Shown: positions 28,765 to 38,790 of the stretch, piece by piece
Layout: each line of letters begins with the position of its first letter
Numbering within the stretch: position 1 is the first letter of the stretch
Origin: a virus
Virus record (IMG/VR): IMGVR_UViG_3300021964_000036
Location: 1 to 64,000 of that record
Reading direction: 5' to 3' (one strand)
Length of the DNA stretch: 64,000 bases
Program-made: the position numbers and the translations under genes
The notes under the pieces: generated by a model
What the model saw: the letters and a program-made list of their open reading frames with translations, nothing else
What the model was told of the DNA's origin: nothing
Database searches by the model: none

Positions 28765-29366
28765 AATCCTTTGAAGATCAAATAAAGGATCTAAGGTCCC
28801 AATATTCGTCAATAGCACAACTATCCTCTGAATCCAACACTTACTTCAAAAAAAGGTATGGACCTGGAGGTGAAGGAGGGACTTTGGATTTTAATGGAAA
28901 TTTTATACCTGGTAAGATCTATACTTGTGAATATAAAACAAAAACAAGAATATCCGATAAAACCCCTTTTATAGACAGATCTCCGATATTCATCTTTATG
29001 AAGAAGGAGAGATATAAGGGTTCCGAAATTCTAATATCTGTTGATCTAAATGTTATTCCACCTGATTATAGGGGAAATATTATGTTTAAACTATGGGATC
29101 AGTACTCCTCATTATTTAAAGACAACTCTAAATTACCATACACATCTCAAATACCTATTACTAACATAACAACTTCTTTTAATAGATTACTTGCTGGAAC
29201 TGGGTTTCAAACAGCGTTAACTGGATTCAAAAGGGAATATGCTGATAATATTAAGGTAGTTGACTATAAAGATTGGGTAAGAATTCCATACCTTTCTGAT
29301 TTTATAATAGAGGGTCAATCTACTAACGGGATATATAATGATTATAGATCGAAATTAAATGCTTAA
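28761..29366 (+). CDS. DNA end protector-like protein (T4 gp2-like)
   Basis: PGKIY..EY, PFIDRSP, DLNVIPP..R; adjacent to gp4. Confidence 0.55.
   Translation: MKSFEDQIKDLRSQYSSIAQLSSESNTYFKKRYGPGGEGGTLDFNGNFIPGKIYTCEYKTKTRISDKTPFIDRSPIFIFMKKERYKGSEILISVDLNVIPPDYRGNIMFKLWDQYSSLFKDNSKLPYTSQIPITNITTSFNRLLAGTGFQTALTGFKREYADNIKVVDYKDWVRIPYLSDFIIEGQSTNGIYNDYRSKLNA
29330..29337 (+). promoter_or_regulatory. Putative late promoter GATATATA for portal genes
   Basis: Motif 64 nt upstream of portal 1 start. Confidence 0.55.
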
Positions 29367-29400
29367 CATTTAGTACAAAAACTAGATTACAAAATTGTAA

Positions 29401-31020
29401 ATGGCCGGATTTAACGAAAACCAAGAAGGAAGCCCGATATTCCAAAGAATCAGAGAGTCTGTAAAGTCCCTCAGTAACTTTGGTATGCGTTATGGCGACA
29501 TGGTGATTAAGAATTCCCAGGCAATCGGAACTACGGAGGCTGAATTCATGAAGAGGCAATCTGTCGATGACGAAAGTTTGCTATATTCATTAGGCCGACA
29601 AGATACCACAACAAGGCAGTTTATTGGTTATTACGATAAGGATTATGCAGGTAAGAGGGATTATCTTCGAAAGTTTGCACTTAATCCTGAGATAGAATAC
29701 ATTCTAGATACTGTTTGTGATGAATCTATAACTTTTGACTCCTATAATTTCTTTGCGTATCCAGCTTTCCTGAACCTTACTGATGTTAAAGATAAAGTTA
29801 AGGATAGAATACAAGAGAACTATAAGAAGCTTTACGACATGTTTGGCTTCACTGATGATATTACTGCCTGGCAGTATTTCCGCCAATTGATGGTAGACGG
29901 ATTCTTAGCCTTTGAGATTGTTTATGATGATAAGGGTAAGGGAATAATTGGGTTTAAAGAACTTGATGCTACAACACTAATGCCTTCGGTCGAAAAACAA
30001 CCTGATGGTACTTATTTAAATGTTTGGTATCAATATCCAAAGGACATCAATAAGAGGAGAATGCTTTATGATTCCCAGATTATTTACATATCCTTTGCTA
30101 AAGGTAATACGGTTTCAAGAGTTAGCTACGTTGAGAGACTAATAAGACCTTACAACGTACTAAGAATAATTGAATATACCAGGGTTATTTGGTCTGTAAT
30201 GAATGCTTCATTTAGAATGAAGATGACTGTTCCTATTGGTTCTAGATCTCCCCAAAAATCTATGCAAACCTTGGGCGAGCTTATGAGCATTTATAAGGAG
30301 GACATTAGATTTAATGATGAAAGTGGTGAATTAACAGTAGATGGTAGACCCAAGATACAATTCTATAAGAATTACCTTATGCCTTCTGGTGTCAACGGTA
30401 CACCAACTATAGAGCCCATTAATAATGCTGGTCCTAATTTAAATGATCCGCAGCCGCTTGCTTATTTTTATGATAAACTTGTCCAAGAATCCAAAGTACC
30501 TTTTTCCAGATTCCAAGGTCCTGATGGTGGGTCTATTGGAAACTATTCAAACGGAGCAGAGGGACTTGACAAGGAGGAAATAAGATTTGGTAAGTTCATA
30601 AGTAGACTGAGGTCAATCTTCCAAGATATCCTGGTTAAGCCACTATGGATACAAATGTGTAAGGATTTTCCCGAACTTGAGAAAGATTATCTATTTAAGA
30701 GTCAACTTGGTCTTGAATATGTTTCTGACAATCCTTTCAGAGTCAATCAGGAAATTGAAGCTATGCTTAAGAAAAAGGATCAAATCGATGGAATGTATGG
30801 GTTAATTGACGATTCTGGTGAACCTTTTTTCTCTCTTGCATATCTTATAGAATCTCATTTAGGAATGAATGCTGATGACATTAAAGCTAATAGAGAAGCA
30901 AGAGAAAAAAGGAAAGAGGAGGAAGCTAAGAAAGCGAAAGAAGAAGGTGCTGAGCCGGAAGAAGAAGGTGCTGAGCCGGAAGAAGAGTCTCCAGCAGAAG
31001 AAACACCCCCTCAAGAATAA
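29401..31020 (+). CDS. Portal protein 1 (gp20-like)
   Basis: LRKFALNPEIEYILD, QLMVDG, SYVERLIRPYN.LR, KVPFSRF, EEIRFGKFISRLR. Confidence 0.9.
   Translation: MAGFNENQEGSPIFQRIRESVKSLSNFGMRYGDMVIKNSQAIGTTEAEFMKRQSVDDESLLYSLGRQDTTTRQFIGYYDKDYAGKRDYLRKFALNPEIEYILDTVCDESITFDSYNFFAYPAFLNLTDVKDKVKDRIQENYKKLYDMFGFTDDITAWQYFRQLMVDGFLAFEIVYDDKGKGIIGFKELDATTLMPSVEKQPDGTYLNVWYQYPKDINKRRMLYDSQIIYISFAKGNTVSRVSYVERLIRPYNVLRIIEYTRVIWSVMNASFRMKMTVPIGSRSPQKSMQTLGELMSIYKEDIRFNDESGELTVDGRPKIQFYKNYLMPSGVNGTPTIEPINNAGPNLNDPQPLAYFYDKLVQESKVPFSRFQGPDGGSIGNYSNGAEGLDKEEIRFGKFISRLRSIFQDILVKPLWIQMCKDFPELEKDYLFKSQLGLEYVSDNPFRVNQEIEAMLKKKDQIDGMYGLIDDSGEPFFSLAYLIESHLGMNADDIKANREAREKRKEEEAKKAKEEGAEPEEEGAEPEEESPAEETPPQE
30940..30981 (+). 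repeat. Perfect 21-nt tandem duplication (EEGAEPE x2)
   Basis: gaagaaggtgctgagccggaa twice. Confidence 0.9.
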
Positions 31021-31030
31021 GAAATAGAAG

Positions 31031-32632
31031 ATGGCAGGTTTTTTAGATTACGTACAGGAACGATCCTTTTTAGGCAACCTTTATAAGAATTTGTCTAAGA
31101 TAGGCAGATTTGGGATGGAGTACGAGGATATGGTTATTCGTAACTCTCAAGCTGTTGGTGCTACTGAATCTAATTTTTTTAATGAGCAAGGTACCGGGTT
31201 TACCGAGAATAATGCATTCTATTGGACGCTAGGATATCAGGATACAAAGGTAAGAAAATACATTGCTTACTTTGATAAGGACTATTTAGGAAAAAGAGAC
31301 TTTCTGAGAAAGTTTTCATTAAATGGTGAGATTGATTTTATTCTCGATACACTAACTGATGATGCTATAAACTTTGATGATAAGAACTTTATTGGTTACC
31401 CCTCTCTTGCAAACATAGACATCAAGCCAGAGTTGGTTGATAAGATAGATGATGTTTATCGAAATATTTATATGCTTTTTGGCTTTCAGCAAGGTATAAC
31501 AGCATGGCAGTATTTTAAGCAATTCCTAGTTGATGGCTTCTTAGCCTTTGAGATAGTGTATTCTACTGATGGAAAGAAAATTGTTGGGTTTAAAGAACTT
31601 GATCCCACATCTTTACAACCCGCTACTGAACCACAGCCAAATGGTGAGTTCCAACAAATTTGGATACAATATCCGGAGGACAATAAGATGACTCGAAAAC
31701 TGAAGAGTGAGCAGGTCATTTATATTTCGTATGCAAAGGGAAATACGATTTCTAGAGTAAGCTATGTTGAAAGGTTGATTAGATCCTATAACATTTTAAG
31801 GATCATGGAAAATACCAGGGTTATTTGGAATGTGATGAATGCCTCTTACAGACTTAAGTTTGTTATCCCAGTTGGTTCTCAGTCTCAACAAAAAGCCATG
31901 CAAACTCTCGGGCAGCTAATGTCTGTTTATAAGGAAGAGATGGAAATAAACGATTCATCTGGCGAACTAACTGTAAATGGTAGACCAAAGGTTCAATTCT
32001 ACAAGAATTATCTTTTCCCGGAAAAGGACGGACAATCCCCACAAATAGAGACGTTAGATCCGAATGGCCCTGATTTCAATGTAATGGACAATGTTCTTTA
32101 CTTCTACAATAAATTAAAACAGGATTCCAAAATTCCTTATGCAAGGTTCGCTAATAGAAATGGAACACCTGCTAATTACCAGATAAGCATAGATCAATTA
32201 GAAAGGGATGAAATAAGGTTTGAAAAATTCCTTACCAGACTTAGATCAATTTTCCAAGAGATATTGGTAAAGCCATTGTATATTCAGATGTGTCTTGATC
32301 ACCCGGAGTTAGCTAAGGACAGGAATTTCAAATCCAATCTTGGATTAAGCTACACGAGGGAGAACATGTTTGAAGAATTTATCCAACTTCAGAACTATAC
32401 CAAGAGAGTGCAGTTTATAAACGACCTTGGAGAGATGAAGCAGAAAATAGGGGAAGAGGAAGAATCCTATTTCGACAAAGACTTCTTAATAAAAAGATAC
32501 CTTGGTTTAACCGTGGACGAGTACAAGAAGAACGAAAAATACAAAGAAATCGAATCTAAAATAGCCGAGGAAAAAGCTAAGAGTCAAGAATCTTCAGGTG
32601 GTGACGAAGGTGGTGAGTCATTTACCCTCTAA
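31031..32632 (+). CDS. Portal protein 2 (gp20-like paralogue)
   Basis: Colinear with portal 1; KIPYARF, RDEIRFEKFLTRLR. Confidence 0.9.
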   Translation: MAGFLDYVQERSFLGNLYKNLSKIGRFGMEYEDMVIRNSQAVGATESNFFNEQGTGFTENNAFYWTLGYQDTKVRKYIAYFDKDYLGKRDFLRKFSLNGEIDFILDTLTDDAINFDDKNFIGYPSLANIDIKPELVDKIDDVYRNIYMLFGFQQGITAWQYFKQFLVDGFLAFEIVYSTDGKKIVGFKELDPTSLQPATEPQPNGEFQQIWIQYPEDNKMTRKLKSEQVIYISYAKGNTISRVSYVERLIRSYNILRIMENTRVIWNVMNASYRLKFVIPVGSQSQQKAMQTLGQLMSVYKEEMEINDSSGELTVNGRPKVQFYKNYLFPEKDGQSPQIETLDPNGPDFNVMDNVLYFYNKLKQDSKIPYARFANRNGTPANYQISIDQLERDEIRFEKFLTRLRSIFQEILVKPLYIQMCLDHPELAKDRNFKSNLGLSYTRENMFEEFIQLQNYTKRVQFINDLGEMKQKIGEEEESYFDKDFLIKRYLGLTVDEYKKNEKYKEIESKIAEEKAKSQESSGGDEGGESFTL

Positions 32633-32643
32633 TTATTAGTTAG

Positions 32644-33651
32644 ATGCATCTAAAAGAAAGATTAGCTTCAAAGACCATATTGGTCGTTGGTGATATTATT
32701 CTGGATCACTACATTTATGGTAAAGTTTATAGGGTTTCCCCAGAAGCTCCAGTTCCTGTTGTCCTTAAGGATAAATCTACATATTGTTTAGGAGGATCAG
32801 CTAATGTTGCCCAAAACATAACATCCTTTGGAGCAAAATGTTATTTACTTGGGGTAGTTGGTGAGGATAGTACTGCTATAAAAATTCATAACCTTTTATC
32901 TGAGAAAGAGGTCCTACCAATGCTTGTAAAAGACCCTTCGAGACCAAGTACGGAAAAAACAAGAATTATTGGGAATGGTCATCAGATAGTAAGAATAGAT
33001 TCTGAAGTTGATGTTAATGTCTCTGAAGAAATATCAGATAAGGTATTTGAAATGTTCATGTCTATAGTGGAAGACCTGGATGGTGTAATTATTCAGGATT
33101 ATGGTAAGGGATTGCTCAGTAGATCTTTGGTTAAAAGGATTTTACAAGAGACTAAGGAAAGAAACATACCAACACTTACTGATCCCAAGGATAAAGATTT
33201 TTCTAAATATACAGGATCTGATTGGATTAAGCCAAATTTCTTAGAATTTAAGGATTCCCTTGGCATTCCTTCAAACAGATCTTTGGATTCTTTGGATGTT
33301 ATAAAGTTAATTGACGAACTTAAGCAAAAATTTAACCTAAGCAGTGTACTTTTGACACTCTCTGAAAATGGGATGATTGCAAGGTCTAAGTTTGATTTTG
33401 AATCTATTGATGGTATCCAGATAGAGGTAACTGATGTTTCCGGTGCTGGTGATACGGTAAGTGCTGTTTTTATGCTTCTTTTATCCAGTAATATTTCTCT
33501 TAAGGATTGCTTAAGAATATCCAACCTTTCTGGATCTATCGTTTGTCAAACATCTGGGGCTATTCCGATTGACATTAATACCCTATTCTCTACCTTGCAT
33601 AAATACTCTTGGATTGTGAGTGATAAAACGGGGGAACCAGTTCTCCTATAA
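32644..33651 (+). CDS. rfaE: Heptose-7-phosphate kinase (RfaE/HldE domain I, PfkB family)
   Basis: VVGDIILDHY, RVSPEAPVPV, GGSANVA, QDYGKG, DPK, DVSGAGD. Confidence 0.9.
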   Translation: MHLKERLASKTILVVGDIILDHYIYGKVYRVSPEAPVPVVLKDKSTYCLGGSANVAQNITSFGAKCYLLGVVGEDSTAIKIHNLLSEKEVLPMLVKDPSRPSTEKTRIIGNGHQIVRIDSEVDVNVSEEISDKVFEMFMSIVEDLDGVIIQDYGKGLLSRSLVKRILQETKERNIPTLTDPKDKDFSKYTGSDWIKPNFLEFKDSLGIPSNRSLDSLDVIKLIDELKQKFNLSSVLLTLSENGMIARSKFDFESIDGIQIEVTDVSGAGDTVSAVFMLLLSSNISLKDCLRISNLSGSIVCQTSGAIPIDINTLFSTLHKYSWIVSDKTGEPVLL

Positions 33652-33678
33652 TTATTTTTTTAGTACGTTCCATTTAGT

Positions 33679-33686
33679 TATATTTG
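33679..33686 (+). promoter_or_regulatory. TAnnTTTG host-type promoter
   Basis: TATATTTG upstream of ligase. Confidence 0.6.
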
Positions 33687-33703
33687 TAGTATAATCATAT
33701 AAT

Positions 33704-35050
33704 ATGAAAAAGGAACTCGAGATTTTTATCCAAATAGAGAGCCAATCTGGAAACGGATCTCAAAAGATAAAGCAGGATTTAATATCTGACAATTTGTCGG
33801 AAAAAATGGAATATCTGTTGGATGTTTGTTTTAATCCATTTGTTACTACAAAGCTTCATAAGATTAATCTAATAGAATATACTCCAGGAAGAAAGTATTC
33901 AAAGGATCCTGATGAATTTTGGAATACGTTTAAGGATTTGGTCGAAGAACTTAAGCAAGCACCAGCAGCTAATGATTCTCTTAGACAAAGGGCGGAAGAT
34001 TTGATAGATCATACTTTTTCGCCGGATACTGAGGAGGATATGGGAATTAGAAAGATGCTTATGAAAGTCCTTACAAAAAGGATGAACATTGGTCTTGGAG
34101 CTAAATTAATTAATAAAGCTGTTGGCAGGGAATTGGTCCCAGATCCTTCGTTAATGCTAGCCACTGATAAACAAGAGGAAATTGAAAAGTGGGATAAAAT
34201 TTATTGTGAAGAGAAATATGATGGGGTTCGTGTTATTGCAATGATGAATCCTGACACCTCATTTTCATTTTACACCCGTGCATTCAACGAACTTGACTCA
34301 TCGAAGCTTAGTAACATTTCTAGGGATTTGTCTGCTATTTCAAAGAAAGCTGGCCACAGTTCTATTTTTTACGATGGAGAGCTAACTGACTTAAATAGAA
34401 AGTCTGTCTCTGGAAAAGTGACACAGATTCTTAAAGGCACAGCCCCAGACGATATAGATGCAAACTTCCTTTTTAATGTGTTTGATTTAGAGGATAGCTC
34501 AACACTTGAAAAGGGTAGGGGCTCTGTCCTTTATACGGAGAGAAGGAAGAGATTGGCTGAAACCTTAGATCTTCTCCCACCAGTATCAAACATAAAACTA
34601 GGCCAGATGTGGGAGGTTGGTTCTATGGAGGATACTTTGGTTATCTACAAGGATATTGTTAACCAGGGTGGTGAGGGTGTTATATGTAAGAACGATCATC
34701 TTTATGAGTGTAAAAGAAGCAAAAGTTGGATAAAGCTTAAAGAGGTTAATGATTGCGATCTCGAGGTTGTTGGCTGGTATCCAGGTGAGGGAAAAAGAGA
34801 AGGTTTTATAGGTGGGTTAGTATGTACTGATAAATCTAAAACCCTCAACGTAAAAATTGGTGCTGGATTTACTGACAAGGATCTAGAAATACTAAGTGCA
34901 AACCCAGATGACCTGGTAGGTAAGATTGCAGCTGTACAGTATAACGTAACAATTACTGACAAGTATGAAAATCGAAGTTTATTCCTTCCAAGATTCATAG
35001 AAATAAGGAACGATAAATCTGACCCAGACGACATGTCTAACTTGTTCTAA
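33704..35050 (+). CDS. lig: ATP-dependent DNA ligase
   Basis: EEKYDGVR, YDGEL, VFD, EGVICK, WIKLK, LFLPRF. Confidence 0.95.
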   Translation: MKKELEIFIQIESQSGNGSQKIKQDLISDNLSEKMEYLLDVCFNPFVTTKLHKINLIEYTPGRKYSKDPDEFWNTFKDLVEELKQAPAANDSLRQRAEDLIDHTFSPDTEEDMGIRKMLMKVLTKRMNIGLGAKLINKAVGRELVPDPSLMLATDKQEEIEKWDKIYCEEKYDGVRVIAMMNPDTSFSFYTRAFNELDSSKLSNISRDLSAISKKAGHSSIFYDGELTDLNRKSVSGKVTQILKGTAPDDIDANFLFNVFDLEDSSTLEKGRGSVLYTERRKRLAETLDLLPPVSNIKLGQMWEVGSMEDTLVIYKDIVNQGGEGVICKNDHLYECKRSKSWIKLKEVNDCDLEVVGWYPGEGKREGFIGGLVCTDKSKTLNVKIGAGFTDKDLEILSANPDDLVGKIAAVQYNVTITDKYENRSLFLPRFIEIRNDKSDPDDMSNLF

Positions 35051-35054
35051 ATGG

Positions 35055-35082
35055 GAAACTTAAGGCTCTTTTTTCTGTACAA
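35055..35082 (+). promoter_or_regulatory. Middle-type promoter GAAAC-N18-TACAA
   Basis: Motif match. Confidence 0.55.
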
Positions 35083-35099
35083 GAATAAAGAGCTTTTTT

Positions 35100-36047
35100 A
35101 TGATAGACCAACTCCTTACTGAGAAGTTAAGACCTAAAGAAATCAGGCATATGATCTTACCCGATAGGATCAGGTCTTTGTTTGATAATAAAGGATTAAA
35201 CCACAATGTTTTATTGGCTGGATCCCCAGGGTGTGGTAAGACAACCTTAGCTAAGATTCTTTCTAATGATCTCCCACACATTTTTATCAACGTTTCTGAT
35301 GAGAGTTCAGTAGATACCATCAGGACTAAGATAAATGACTTTTGTTCTACCATGAGCATCATGGATGGTAAGTCTTCTAAAAAAGTCGTTGTCCTTGATG
35401 AGTTCGATGGAGCGTCTGACCAATTCTACAAAGCTCTTCGGGGAACAATTGAAAAGTTTGCTTCCAACACTAGATTCATAGCTACCTGTAACTGGCTTAA
35501 CAAAGTACCAGATGCTATTCAGAGCAGGTTCGAGGTAATTAACTTTGATCCAATAAATCAGTCTGAAGAAGAGAAAATTAGGACAGAGTGGAGATCTCGC
35601 ATCAAGCTTATTCTAGGAAAGCTTTCTATTTCAATAGACGATGCTTCTCTTGATGAGTTTGAGAAGGAGTACTTCCCAGATCTTAGATCCTCCCTTAACC
35701 GGATCCAATCGTGGGTAATTGAAGGAGTTAAAGAGATCGACATTTCGAGGGTTCGTGATTCTGGATGGTCTTATGAGGATCTATACAATATGATATTTAC
35801 TTCTAAAGACCCAATAGGCAACTACCAAGTTATAGTTGGACAATATTCATCTAAAGTTGATGACGTAATGGCAGCGCTTGGTGAAGAGTTTGTCCAGTGG
35901 ATAATGAAGAATAAATCATCCCACGCAAACATCATACCTGCAGTGGTAGTAGAAGTTGCTCATCATCAAGCCCAAAGACAATTGGTAATTGATCCCGTTG
36001 TTAGCTTGCTTTCTTTAATTTTTAAAATACAAAAACTTATAGACTAA
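35100..36047 (+). CDS. Clamp loader AAA+ subunit (gp44/RFC-like)
   Basis: EKLRP, GSPGCGKTT, LDEFD, SRF, FPDLR. Confidence 0.92.
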   Translation: MIDQLLTEKLRPKEIRHMILPDRIRSLFDNKGLNHNVLLAGSPGCGKTTLAKILSNDLPHIFINVSDESSVDTIRTKINDFCSTMSIMDGKSSKKVVVLDEFDGASDQFYKALRGTIEKFASNTRFIATCNWLNKVPDAIQSRFEVINFDPINQSEEEKIRTEWRSRIKLILGKLSISIDDASLDEFEKEYFPDLRSSLNRIQSWVIEGVKEIDISRVRDSGWSYEDLYNMIFTSKDPIGNYQVIVGQYSSKVDDVMAALGEEFVQWIMKNKSSHANIIPAVVVEVAHHQAQRQLVIDPVVSLLSLIFKIQKLID

Positions 36048-36337
36048 TGGACTTATTACCAGAAGAGATTAGAAAAAACACATACCTCTATAAGTTTTAT
36101 AAAAGAGGTGAAAAAGCAATGATGTACGAGCAAATAGAACCTGATACTGGTATCACTGTTGCTTATGAAGTGTTTAAGAGAAAAATAGATAAGCCAAAGG
36201 TCGTTTTTGGAATCGAATTAAACGAGAGAGAAATCTTTCCTGGTAATGAGGATTTTGGAAAATGGGCTTGGGCCATTTCTGACGAGCAGAGAGCATTGAA
36301 AAGGTTTGATGCTATAGAGAATCAAGTTGATGAATAG
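36047..36337 (+). CDS. Hypothetical protein
   Basis: Translationally coupled ORF. Confidence 0.7.
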   Translation: MDLLPEEIRKNTYLYKFYKRGEKAMMYEQIEPDTGITVAYEVFKRKIDKPKVVFGIELNEREIFPGNEDFGKWAWAISDEQRALKRFDAIENQVDE

Positions 36338-36674
36338 ACAAGGATTAATATTTTTTCTGATTATTGCATTAGCACAGTCCGGTGCATGGTTTCAGCAATT
36401 TTCCCAAATAAGATGGGTGTGGTTTAAAAACAACACCTGGTTTAATATTGGTGTTCTAGGAATTCTACTTTCTATCTTATTTGTTTATGGAGCTAAAATA
36501 GGATACACTGCATGGGAAAGTGTGTGGAAGGTTAGATTAATACAATTTTCAATAGGTGCTTTCGTAGTATCTTTTTGGAGCTGGATCATTCTTGGAGAGG
36601 GGGTAAACTTAAAAACTTTTGTCTGCTTGCTTCTTGCATTAATGATTATACTTATTCAGGTTTTTTGGAAGTAA
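36327..36674 (+). CDS. Small 4-TM membrane protein (DMT/SMR-like size)
   Basis: Four hydrophobic helices, ILGE motif. Confidence 0.6.
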   Translation: MMNRQGLIFFLIIALAQSGAWFQQFSQIRWVWFKNNTWFNIGVLGILLSILFVYGAKIGYTAWESVWKVRLIQFSIGAFVVSFWSWIILGEGVNLKTFVCLLLALMIILIQVFWK

Positions 36675-36675
36675 T

Positions 36676-37197
36676 ATGAAAAGGCTTATAATTATAGGAA
36701 AGGGCGGGTCTGGTAAGGATCATCTAAGGAAGATTTTGCAAGATAGGGGTTTTAAATACTGTGTTTCCCACACTACCAGACCACCTAGAGATGGAGAGGT
36801 AAACGGTAAAGATTACCATTTCATTTCTGTTGATGCAGCTAATCACGAGTTTATACGTGCTGGAAATTTTTACGAGTATGTAATTTTTAATGGATGGATT
36901 TATTGTACATCCCTTAAAGAATTTCACTCGAGTAATCTTTTTATTATGACACCTTCCGGTCTTCTTTCTATGAAGCCTGCAGACAGGAAAGAATCTATTG
37001 TGTTATACCTGGATATTGATGAGAGAACAAGAAGATCTAGACTATCCAAAAGAAACGATGCTGATAAACTTGAAAGAAGGTTAGAAGCTGATTATAATGA
37101 TTTCAAGGACTTTAAGGATTACGATTTTAGAATCACAGACCCTTTCTTCAAGGACCTGGGTGAATGGGGAAATTTAAATTTTTATCAAAATGATTAA
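36676..37197 (+). CDS. gmk: Guanylate kinase
   Basis: GKGGSGKD, SHTTRPPRDGEVNGKDYHF. Confidence 0.88.
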   Translation: MKRLIIIGKGGSGKDHLRKILQDRGFKYCVSHTTRPPRDGEVNGKDYHFISVDAANHEFIRAGNFYEYVIFNGWIYCTSLKEFHSSNLFIMTPSGLLSMKPADRKESIVLYLDIDERTRRSRLSKRNDADKLERRLEADYNDFKDFKDYDFRITDPFFKDLGEWGNLNFYQND

Positions 37198-38326
37198 CGT
37201 ACTTATAGACGGAAATTACATATTCCACAAAACATTTGGGGTATTTGGTGGATATGGAAACAAAAATCCAATGGATATTCTTGGTACAGAAAGTGAACAA
37301 TCCATGTTTATCCGTAAAATTTCTACGGACCTTACTTCATCTTTAAGATCTATTCCTACTGGGGGTAGGCTAGTCTTTACAGTAGATAGCAGAAGTTGGA
37401 GGAAGGATGTTGAGATCGAGGGTGGAGGATATAAATCCAATAGAGTTAGGGATGATGAGGTTGATTGGAGCGTATTTTTTAACCTCTTAAATTCTTATGG
37501 CGAACATTTAGAAGACATGGGATTTGTATTTTCTAAGGTCAATGGAGCTGAGGGTGATGACCTTCTTTACTTCTGGGCTGATTATTTAAACACAAAGGGA
37601 GAAAATTGCATTATAATATCTGGTGATAAGGATTTACACCAACTTGCCAGGTGGAATAAAAATAACTGGACAATTGTCTGGAATGCTAATTCGAAAAACA
37701 ATATTCTCTCCGTTCCGCGGGGGTGGGAAGATAAGTGGTTAAATAAATCATCGGAGGCTTCTATTTTTGATATGGGGAGCGTAATGGATCCGGATAAGGA
37801 GAAACTTAAGGAATTCAGTAAGAAGGTAGAAGTCAATGAGATTATCCCTAGGGATTTTGTGTTTATAAAAATGTTGGTTGGTGATAAAGGTGATGCTGTC
37901 CCTGGAATTTGGGAAGTCCAAAGTGGATCAAGGACTCAAAGAATTACACCGAAAAAAGCAGAGTCCGTTTTAGAATCCCTACAAACAACTGAATGGGCAA
38001 CTTTGCCATTTTCGGATTTAATAGAAAATAATGATTTCTTAGAATGGACAGCAGGATATTGCCTAAGATTACTCAAGGACATTGATAATAAGGAAAATAG
38101 GGAAAAGGCTGCTAGTAATTTAAAAAGAAACTATCAGCTAATGTGGCTTGATAAAACAGTAATACCGACAGGAGTAATAGAAGGAACTTTGGAGGAATTA
38201 AAGAGAGGAATATCTCTGCCAAAAAAATCTATAACTCTTGATAGGGTAAAAATTATAGAGGGCACCAGCTGGGTAAGCTCACAAGGTGCTCCTAGTCAAT
38301 TTGACCCATTTAAAGATTTTAACTAA
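37190..38326 (+). CDS. 5'-3' exonuclease / T4 RNase H-like flap nuclease
   Basis: LIDGN, SWRK, YKSNR, EGDD, SGDKD, GDKGD. Confidence 0.88.
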   Translation: MINVLIDGNYIFHKTFGVFGGYGNKNPMDILGTESEQSMFIRKISTDLTSSLRSIPTGGRLVFTVDSRSWRKDVEIEGGGYKSNRVRDDEVDWSVFFNLLNSYGEHLEDMGFVFSKVNGAEGDDLLYFWADYLNTKGENCIIISGDKDLHQLARWNKNNWTIVWNANSKNNILSVPRGWEDKWLNKSSEASIFDMGSVMDPDKEKLKEFSKKVEVNEIIPRDFVFIKMLVGDKGDAVPGIWEVQSGSRTQRITPKKAESVLESLQTTEWATLPFSDLIENNDFLEWTAGYCLRLLKDIDNKENREKAASNLKRNYQLMWLDKTVIPTGVIEGTLEELKRGISLPKKSITLDRVKIIEGTSWVSSQGAPSQFDPFKDFN

Positions 38327-38751
38327 TGGAGCTATTTGACGTAATAAAAACAATATTCAAAAAGGATAAGGATTGGGACAAGGTTTCAAGGAATGATAAG
38401 GTAAGGAACTTTTTCATGATTAATAGAATCATGTCCGTGCAATTTCCAATTCAAGCACAACAATTTAATCACACAAAAGTTTTACCTAGACCTGTTGTAG
38501 ATTGGTGGCATGCTACCCTAAGCAAGCATTACACAAAGATGCCAGGATGGATTTTTACAAAAACTAAAAAATCCAAGAACAATACTGTTTCCACATTAGA
38601 TTATGAAGCAGATCCCCTGGTTGAAAGATTCATACTCAATAGATTTGAAATCTCGAAGAGGGAGCTTTCTGACCTTAAGAAATTTTATCCTGAAAAATAT
38701 AAGGAGTGGGTAGAATCCATTAAGGAGCAAATTGATATGACAAAGAAGTAA
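38326..38751 (+). CDS. Possible clamp loader small subunit (gp62-like)
   Basis: MELFD..., FFMINRIMS; replication context. Confidence 0.5.
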   Translation: MELFDVIKTIFKKDKDWDKVSRNDKVRNFFMINRIMSVQFPIQAQQFNHTKVLPRPVVDWWHATLSKHYTKMPGWIFTKTKKSKNNTVSTLDYEADPLVERFILNRFEISKRELSDLKKFYPEKYKEWVESIKEQIDMTKK

Positions 38752-38790
38752 GCTTGATATATAGCTTATACTTTCCCTAATTGATTTAAT

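Noticed and set aside
35027-35050. Ligase C-terminus DMSNLF as a sliding-clamp binding motif
   Set aside because: Similar acidic-LF endings occur on tail tube, hub and small terminase proteins, so it is not specific enough
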